Shown here piece by piece: positions 56,958 to 64,000 of a DNA stretch of 64,000 bases. This stretch comes from an uncultured Nitrososphaerota archaeon (GTDB lineage: Archaea > Thermoproteota > Nitrososphaeria > Nitrososphaerales > Gagatemarchaeaceae): positions 10,265-74,264 of the forward strand of contig CAVRAG010000001.1 of the NCBI GenBank assembly GCA_963718895.1, given 5' to 3'. How positions within the stretch are numbered: the first letter of the stretch is position 1; every line of letters begins with the position of its first letter. The notes beneath the pieces are model-generated. The model did not search any database. It saw only the letters and a list, made by a program, of their open reading frames with translations, and had not been told where the DNA came from. The position numbers and the translations under genes are program-made.

Positions 56958-58550
56958 TCATTCGGACTGGTCAGGGGAGTCGCTCGTCCGGGACTTGCGC
57001 CTCCCGAGGAGGAAGGTCAGGCCGATTAGCGCGAGAATCGCGACCACTCCGATCGCGAGGAAGGGAGAGACGCTCGAGCTGCCTGACGTAGAACTAGTGG
57101 TGGACGAGGTCGTTGTTGTGGACGTCGTTGTGCTCGACGCCGTTGTCGTGGGTATCGAGGTCGTCGAAGACGTCGTGGACGTAGTCGATGAGGTTGTAGA
57201 GGTCGTAGAGGTCGTGGTGACGACCGAGACCGTGAAAGGAGAGGACGCCGTATCTGCTGATACCGAAGCGATATCGTTGCCGGATACAAATACCGTGTTC
57301 GCGCCGCTCGAGGGGGGCACGGTGAACGTGCAGGAGAACTTGCCCGTCGAGGATATGGTCAGAAAGGTGCAGGTCTGATTGGAAGGGGTGACCCCGGCAT
57401 AGGTGATTGTCCCGATCGTGATGTTCACGGAGAAGCCGGAACCTGAGACCGTGACCGCGGTGCCCACGACACCAGACGAAGGAACGAGAGTTATCGCCGG
57501 TGTGGTTATGTTGAATTTGGCCGAGCTAATCATGTTACCAGAAACCGGGTCACTTACGACAACGAGGCCGTTGTTCGATCCGCTAGTGCTGACGGATATC
57601 CCCGCGGGTATTGAGCCGGAGGCGCTCGTCGTGAACGTATGGGCTCCGGAGCACGCCGTAGCGTTCGATGAGCCAGATTCATAACAGTAGTCGTACGTGG
57701 AGGAGTAGGAGTATCCTGAGCCAGAGAGCTTCGTGGCGACCCCCGAGGGCCCCATGCTCGGGTTGACCGCAAGCGTTGGCGTGGTCACGGCAAGAGTGAA
57801 GGTGTTCGAGCTCGCGAGGTTGTTCGCGTCCCCGCCGTAGGAAGCCTGCACCAGAACCGAGCCTGGCGACTCTCCCGTCGCTGTGATTGAGCAGGTTCCG
57901 CTCGAAAGGGCGCAAGAGGTAGATGAGAGGGTGGCGGAGCCCTGGGGCCCAGCGGAGGGGGTGCTCTGACTCCAGCTCACCGTACCGGTGGGCGAAGAAC
58001 CCGTTACTGCGACCGTGCAAACCGAAGCTGAACCCACGCTCACGGAGGACGGGGAGCAGGTCACCGACGTCGAGGACGACGAGGTTGTGGAGGAACTGGT
58101 CGAGGAAGATGAAGTGGACGCGCTCGATGTGGTTGAATTAGAAGTTGATGAGGATGAAGTGGCGCTGGTTGGCGAGTACAGGAATGTGATTGAACCTGAA
58201 GCGGCGTTTGAATCGCGTACAGATATGACGTAAACGCCGGCAACCCAATTGGTGTTCCCTCCCACATTGGTCGAGTACGAGAACACTCCGTTGGTAGTGT
58301 TCACCGCGACCACCTGCACGTCGAGCACGTCGCTAGACGACGCCTGCGGCGCGACTTCGATGACTACGTTATCTGCGGAAGTAGGTATCGGGCTGATCGT
58401 CCCGCTTATCACGTATGCTTGTGTACCAATCAACAGGGTCCCTGGAGTTGGACTGGTGAAGATTACGGGTCCCGAGGAGGTGGCTGCCATTGGAAACCAG
58501 AACACCAGAGAGACGACTGCTAGGGCCGCGACAAGGAACTTCATTCTCAT
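56958..58550 (-). CDS. Cell-surface Ser/Thr-rich protein with several Ig-like domains and C-terminal TM anchor
   Basis: Signal peptide, beta-rich modules (ASYGGDAN, VTVSGSGF) with paired Cys, S/T linkers, TM followed by RRK. Confidence 0.85.
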   Translation of the reverse strand: MRMKFLVAALAVVSLVFWFPMAATSSGPVIFTSPTPGTLLIGTQAYVISGTISPIPTSADNVVIEVAPQASSSDVLDVQVVAVNTTNGVFSYSTNVGGNTNWVAGVYVISVRDSNAASGSITFLYSPTSATSSSSTSNSTTSSASTSSSSTSSSTTSSSSTSVTCSPSSVSVGSASVCTVAVTGSSPTGTVSWSQSTPSAGPQGSATLSSTSCALSSGTCSITATGESPGSVLVQASYGGDANNLASSNTFTLAVTTPTLAVNPSMGPSGVATKLSGSGYSYSSTYDYCYESGSSNATACSGAHTFTTSASGSIPAGISVSTSGSNNGLVVVSDPVSGNMISSAKFNITTPAITLVPSSGVVGTAVTVSGSGFSVNITIGTITYAGVTPSNQTCTFLTISSTGKFSCTFTVPPSSGANTVFVSGNDIASVSADTASSPFTVSVVTTTSTTSTTSSTTSTTSSTTSIPTTTASSTTTSTTTTSSTTSSTSGSSSVSPFLAIGVVAILALIGLTFLLGRRKSRTSDSPDQSE

Positions 58551-58731
58551 GGTCTCACTTCAATTGTACCTAGGCGGATGTGGGTGTTTTCGGGCATTCT
58601 AAAGTGATATGGAGAAAAGTTCTGGTTAAGTTGGTCTAATCTGTGAAACCGAGCTTGACCCATGACCAGCTCAGGCCGAGAGGAAGCCATAGCATGAATG
58701 GTTTATACGTGGAACACCAGGCAGTTTTGTT

Positions 58732-59912
58732 GTGCAAAGAAGCGCCGCTTCCCGGAAAATCGACTGGGAATCCTTCAGAAGGAAGAAGATTGCCAAACTC
58801 ACCCGATTGATGAAGAAGGAAGGTCTGGACGCCTTGTACCTCAACCGGATAGAGAACGTCCGCTACTCGACAGACCTCAGACCGGTCGTCAGCATGTGGT
58901 TCCAGAACAGCTACTCCTCGGTCGTGACCGCCGCAGGGGATGTCGTTCTGCTCACGGTCGCGGGGGACTACATGCACTCGAAGCACTACATGCCGTGGAT
59001 CAACGACATGAGGATTATGCACGGCCACGGGAAGAGCCGAGGAGGTCGCGGCGGTCTTCCGCGACTACAAGGTCTGGCGAGTCGGCTACGACCAGCTCAG
59101 CTTCGAGGACCACCAATCGCTCGAGGCAGCCTCAAAGGGGATTGAGCTGGTGAACGTAGGAGCAAAGGTGGCCGATGAGAGGGCCGTCAAACTTGACGAG
59201 GAGGTGGGGTTGATGCGCGAGGCCTCCAAGGCTACCGAGGCCTCGATAAGAGCCGCGCTCGCCGCAGCCAAGCCCGGCATGAGGGAGTACGAGATTGCTG
59301 CCGAGGGCGAATACGCCGCGAGGAAGATGGGAGCGGAGGGCATGTCGTGGGGGCTCGCGACCTTCTCGGGGCTGAACACGGGTCTGATGCTAAGGCACGA
59401 CTCGGACAAGATAGTCAGGTCGGGAGAGCTGCTGATCCTCGGATACGCGACGATCTTCAAGGGGTACAACACAGACATCACGACCACGACGGTAATCGGG
59501 AAGCCGAGCAAGGGTCAGCGGGAGATATACACGGCGACCTACGACTCGTTCATAGCAGCTCTGAAGGCCACCAGGCCGGGCGTGACCACGCTCGAAATCC
59601 ACAAGGCGGCGGAGAAGGTAATCGTAGATAGGGGGTACGGCGCCTACTCATTCAGCCGGATTCAGCCGATACTGCACGGCGTGGGCATGAACGTCTACGA
59701 GCCTCCGTTCTCGCCCGAGCCGGGCATGAAGGTGCCCGTCCGTGAAGCTCAAACCGGGGCACGTCCTCGCCATCGAGCCCGCTATCACTCTCTACGACAA
59801 CCTCAAGGTCGGGGGATGCAGGATAGGCGAGACGCTCCTCGTCACAGAGACCGGATACAAGCTGATGACGGACGGGAAGCCCGAGACCCACGAAGCCCTC
59901 TACGAAAACTAG
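58732..59912 (+). CDS. M24 (Xaa-Pro) peptidase family protein, frameshifted
   Basis: Creatinase-like N-terminus (ENVRYST), RAVKLDEEV, PGMREYEIAA, GYNTDIT, HGVG...EPP, LAIEP and RIGET in later frames. Confidence 0.82.
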
Positions 59913-59914
59913 CC

Positions 59915-60728
59915 TCAGACTTTGAAACCGAGGACGTCGAGCATGCTGTAGACCCTGGGCTCAGGTTGCTGGGTCGATCCAACTCGCGGCGAGCAGTGCA
60001 CCCTGCGCGAACGCCGACCTTGAGAAGGCAAGGTGCTCGAACTTGAGCATCTCGTACGGTCCGAACGCGTATATCGCATGCTCGCCCGGATGGCCTCCTC
60101 CCCTGAGAGAAGCGATCTCCAGCTCGCCCTTGGCGCGCTTTGAGAGCCCGCTCCTTCCATGAACCGTCGTCGTGTATCCCCTCGCCTTTGAGACGATTTC
60201 GCCGATGGTCTTGGCGGTGCCGCTCGGAGCGTCCGCCTTGCCGGAGTGGTGCATCTCGAGGACGCTGACGTCGAAGTCCGGGGGCAGGTTCGCCAGGGTC
60301 GAGGCCACAGCGAAGAGCACGTTGGCGCCGATAGAGAAGTTCGAGGCCATCACGCAGGGGACCTTTCCTCTGAGCGTGTCGAGAACGTAGGCTTGCTGGG
60401 AGTCCGAGAACCCCGTGGTCCCGAGTACGAAGGGCCGACCCGACGCGGCTACTGCGGGAAGGTTCGCGACCTCGGCGGCGGCGCTGGTGAAGGAGACGCA
60501 GACGTCGGCCGACCGGAGCCGTTCTGCTAGTGAGCCGGGCGGGACGACCTTGAGGTCGATGTCCGCCATCCCGAGCTCCCTGAGCGTCTTTCCTATCGTC
60601 GGCTCGTTCTCCGCGGCCACCGCGCCCGTGACCCTGAACCTGTCCGACGGCGCCTCCTTTATGATGGTACTGCCCATCCGCCCGGTCGCACCTACGACGC
60701 AGAGGCGGAGCGGGCTAGTATCCGGCAT
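59915..60728 (-). CDS. dapB: 4-hydroxy-tetrahydrodipicolinate reductase (3' frameshift)
   Basis: GATGRMG, GTTG, ASNFSIG, EMHHSGKADAPSGTA, SLRGG..PGEH, FAQGAL; tail VYSMLDVLG in another frame. Confidence 0.93.
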
Positions 60729-61761
60729 AGGCCAGGGTCTCCCAGTACTGTGGCATTTGCAACCGGTCGGCGACCGAGACGTCGAAGGAGCGCTCTATCG
60801 GTTCGAGCATCTCTGGGTTCGCGGCCCAGACCGTCCTCAGCGACTTCAGGATCGTGTTGAGCGCGTTCTTCGTCACCCGACCCAGAGGGCCGCGGCAGGG
60901 GCCGTTCGTCATCCCGAGCACCTGCATCATGGTCTTTATCGGAAGCGGGTTCCTCGCACGAACGGAGACGGGACCGTACTGGGTCGACTCCTCCGTCTTC
61001 ACGGTGACGATCTCGAAGAGAGGCTGGAGCGCGGCGGACAGTCGCCGGGCCTCCTCCCAGTCCTTCCTGCAGCGCGGCCTGAACCATCCCCTGCACGGGC
61101 TTGGGGACGATGTTGGAGACCACGGAGATCACCCCGGAGGACATTATCGCCTGGTCGCTCATGAGCGAGAGGGTCTTGTCGTCGTCGCCCGAGATTATCG
61201 AGAAGTCCGGGCCGCAGTAGTTCCTGGTTAGCCGGGCGTTGTCCAAGTTCCCCGTCGCCTCCTTTACCCCGCTGATGTTCGGGTAGTTCTTCGAGAGGAT
61301 CCCCAGGTCCTGGGGGAGGAGCTGCGTCCCCGTCCTCCCCGGGATGACGTAGGGGACGAGCTGGACCTCCGGGAAGGCTCCCGCTATGGGTTCGTAGTAC
61401 TCCCGCCTGACCTCGAGGGAACTGGGACCGTTGTAGTAGGGGTCGACCAGCAGGGCCGCCTTGATGCCCAGTGGGCGACGTGCCGCGTGGCCTCGAGGGC
61501 CTCGTCGGTGCTGTTCGAGCCGGTGCCGGCGATGGTCTCCAGACCGCTGCCCCCCGCCTCGAAGACGGTCTCGATGACCTTGTTGTGCTCCTCCCAGGTG
61601 AGCGTCGGGCTCTCGCCCGTCGTCCCCGCAGGGACGATGCCGGTGATGCCCTGGGAGCGCTGAAACTCCACCAGCGACCTCAGGCAGGGCCAGTCGACGG
61701 CGCGCCCTGCCTCGAACGGCGTGATTATCGCGGTGTACGCGCCGCTGAATCGGAATACCAT
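60715..61761 (-). CDS. dapA: 4-hydroxy-tetrahydrodipicolinate synthase, frameshifted
   Basis: TAIITPF, GTTGESPTL, GTGSNST, DPYYN, YVIPGRTG, GVKEATG, SGDD, NPLPIK; overlaps dapB. Confidence 0.9.
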
Positions 61762-62255
61762 CGGCAACAGGATTTTTCAAGATGTTCTTAAGGACTGCGT
61801 TTCTCGACTTTTGGCTGCGTTCGGCAAACCGGCGTCGAAGCACGGTGTTGCGACCCGCGACTGTCTCACGCACCGAAACGAACTTCCCCGGAAAGGCTGG
61901 ACCAGCTGATTCTGCGTCCCTGACCAGCATAGAGCCCCTGACCAGAGCAGCCGAGGCATGTCAATGCCTTCGATGAACCCGCAAGTCCCCTTCAGTCCGA
62001 ACTTGTCACCGACATCAAGAAATCTCATCGCATCGATGTTACCTCTTGGAGCAGAAGCCCACCGCTTACACTCCTCATGGGAAGCGTTACCAAAAGTCAA
62101 ATCCATGCTTGAGAGGCAAGGTCAAAGAGCTACCATCACATATCTCTCTTCATTTGCCAAGTGATCTTCGCTGCCGTTCCTGCTTGCCAGACTGAGCCCC
62201 AACAGCTCACCATTTTGACAGGCTCAGTTCTGTCTTACAATAAGACTGTCGGTCT

Positions 62256-62666
62256 TTAGTGACCGCCTTTTCCCACCACATTTCCCCAATTGCGCACCTC
62301 AATCACAACCTCAGTCGAACCCGCCTGCAGGGCCATCTCCACATCGCCAGCGGGGGACGTACTATCATTCTTCTGCCAAAGCACCTTTGACGACCCATTG
62401 ACCATATTTTGCGCCGTCCCGACGATCTTGCAGACCGTGAGTCCGTTCTGAACTGGGGGCTCAGGGTTATCTTGCGGTTGAGGAATGGGAAACGACCGGA
62501 ACGGGTCCCCGCCTTCGTTCCGCCTCAGTCGTCCGAAGGAATCTTCGTACTTCACGAGGGCGCTTGCCAAGTCCGGCCTTCCTGCGAGCAAGCTTACAGT
62601 AATCCAGTGGCACCTCATGCGAAGTGCCTCTCCGACATGTTTGGCTGACGTTGGCGTTAGCGGCAT
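62256..62666 (-). CDS. Hypothetical protein
   Basis: 136-aa ORF whose ATG overlaps the upstream TAA (TAATG); no recognisable motif. Confidence 0.4.
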   Translation of the reverse strand: MPLTPTSAKHVGEALRMRCHWITVSLLAGRPDLASALVKYEDSFGRLRRNEGGDPFRSFPIPQPQDNPEPPVQNGLTVCKIVGTAQNMVNGSSKVLWQKNDSTSPAGDVEMALQAGSTEVVIEVRNWGNVVGKGGH

Positions 62667-63286
62667 TAGATAATGGCTAGAGTTCTGTTCCCCGTTGGGG
62701 CCCCTCGCGAAGCCGACGACGACATATTGATGTCGCGCCAGGTCGCGACGCCTTGATGAGTTCTTCCTTGAGTCGTTCCTCCATCTTCTTCCAGCTCAGC
62801 CATTCGCTGGCGGTCCTCTTCTTCTTCCAACCTCTCATCCTCGGTTTGTTCGTAATTGACCGCGACTCTCACAGATACTGATCCCGTGCACAGCGCCTCT
62901 TTCACATCGTAGCTGGGGGTGACACTGACTTGACGGACGAAGTTCGCTTTATGGAGGCTCCCACCTGTCTCAGGGCTCACCATACTCTTGTCCGGCCCCA
63001 AGCCTATAACGCTGTAGGTCAAAGTCCCTCCCTTGAGACGTCGGGGCGAGGACAGTTCACTTACCTTGTTCTTGACCCCCTGAAATCGGAGCAACTCGAT
63101 ATATCGGCTCAACTCGCCCTCAGCCTCTTCTCCGTCGAGCAACCGCACCATCACGTAGACGCAATCAAGCGCAAGCGCCCGCTCTACATCATCAGCTGGT
63201 TTGGACGAACGAGATTCTAGAAAAGCTACGCTCGATTCTGCTGTGAGGTCGCTCAAGCCAACCACAAAGTACTTCGTGTTCACCAT
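62666..63286 (-). CDS. Hypothetical protein, candidate immunity protein
   Basis: ATG 17 bp after the stop of the toxin-like ORF; acidic; no recognisable family. Confidence 0.5.
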   Translation of the reverse strand: MVNTKYFVVGLSDLTAESSVAFLESRSSKPADDVERALALDCVYVMVRLLDGEEAEGELSRYIELLRFQGVKNKVSELSSPRRLKGGTLTYSVIGLGPDKSMVSPETGGSLHKANFVRQVSVTPSYDVKEALCTGSVSVRVAVNYEQTEDERLEEEEDRQRMAELEEDGGTTQGRTHQGVATWRDINMSSSASRGAPTGNRTLAII

Positions 63287-63303
63287 TTTCGCCCACTGAA
63301 TAC

Positions 63304-64000
63304 TTAGAAAAGATACATCCAATAACCCCCATGCATAAACAAATCCGCTTTGGTGTAGTCCGTGAATCCACCTTGCCCTGCTGAGTTCTTCACGCTCAAC
63401 CACGTGACTGATTTAATTAAGAAATTATCAATTCTTTGACCAGTTATGGAATTCTTGAGTGTGACGGTCTTTCCAATGAGAGCGGTCTGTCTCTCGATCT
63501 CTAAACTGCGTGAGTCCCGAAGAAGGCACCCCCCCCTTCGTGTCATATGTGTCGCCTGTACTTCTATCCACCAAGTCGAGCTGGACGATATCATCCTCTG
63601 AGTAGGCGTACCATCCCAGTTCGGTGACTCTTCCTGTCGTCGTCAGGTAAATCTGAGAATCTCTTTCACCTTATCCCGGGCCGTGTTCGGTTGGACTGGA
63701 CAGTTCGTCATCTCCTCCGACAATACCAAGGGCAGCGAACCCAAACGCGAAGCCGACCCCGCTCCAGCCCCCTACTTGCCCCCCGTTCAGCGCCGTGTTG
63801 GTCGCAAGGTTGAACGCACCGCCGATTGCAACCGTTGTCCCTACGGATGCAACCAGATCAGCAATTGCCCCAGCGTCCAACGCATCCGTGAATGGGGTCC
63901 AGGCCAAACTGTACCCCGGAGACGATCGTGAGGCCGATCGCCGCCCCAAGGAGAAGCCACGACGCAGGGGTCCAAGTCCGAGGGTCCCACGAGAGCCCCG
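63304..64000 (-). pseudogene. C-terminal region of a putative Rhs-type polymorphic toxin with PD-(D/E)XK-like tip (disrupted; runs off window)
   Basis: Stitched translation: xGLSWDPRTW, a Gly/Ala hydrophobic linker, then G*GERD...QLDLVD...YDTKGG...EIERQTALI...SVTWLSVKNSAGQGGFTDY. Needs two 1-nt shifts and one TAA readthrough. Confidence 0.5.

Noticed and set aside
56995-58233. Val/Asp/Glu-rich plus-strand ORFs (also 18939..19214) and many other long Arg/Pro/Gly-rich track ORFs
   Set aside because: Antisense or off-frame shadows of real genes in high-GC DNA; the V/D/E runs mirror Ser/Thr linkers.
28738-61761. Numerous frameshifts (APH, ABC pair, mutase, prpD, prpC, M24, dapA, dapB) read as programmed frameshifting or mass pseudogenisation
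   Set aside because: They are single-base indels at arbitrary sites with no shared slippery motif, in otherwise well-conserved genes that lack in-frame nonsense codons. This pattern is typical of unpolished long-read assembly; read mapping would settle it.
61777-62250. ORFs, a short direct repeat (CCCTGACCAG x2 near 61918-61945) and a small palindrome (GTCTTA-caa-TAAGAC near 62232) as element boundaries
   Set aside because: Too short to distinguish from chance, and no integrase or matching partner site is visible in the window.

Overview
A GC-rich chromosomal segment, most likely archaeal. This is inferred from the archaeosortase, split methylmalonyl-CoA mutase, free-standing LAGLIDADG gene and TATA-like boxes close to start codons; a heterotrophic Nitrososphaerota-like lineage is a guess. 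No rRNA, tRNA or CRISPR array was found. 1-15 kb is an accessory patchwork of TetR/PadR/wHTH regulators with palindromic operators, an ABC exporter, a Trx-CcdA fusion and several gene remnants. The middle holds a GNAT/OSBS-NSAR pair, an archaeosortase beside an NHL-repeat protein with a VPEYP sorting tail, and an IS6 element with perfect IRs and an 8-bp TSD. It also holds an MscS-HAD phosphatase-GT4 operon, a second ABC exporter, eda-kdgK-FAH sugar-acid genes and a NitT/TauT transporter with an unassigned catabolic cluster. 47-57 kb is a propionyl-CoA island: acyl-CoA dehydrogenase, mutase subunits split by a dead LAGLIDADG gene, a degenerate BirA, MeaB and prpDCB. M24 peptidase and dapAB follow. 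The last 2 kb looks like the decayed C-terminal nuclease tip of an Rhs-type polymorphic toxin with a downstream immunity candidate; the Rhs core itself lies outside the window. Many housekeeping genes carry single-base frameshifts, most simply explained as long-read assembly error. All family calls are from motif recognition by eye, not database searches.
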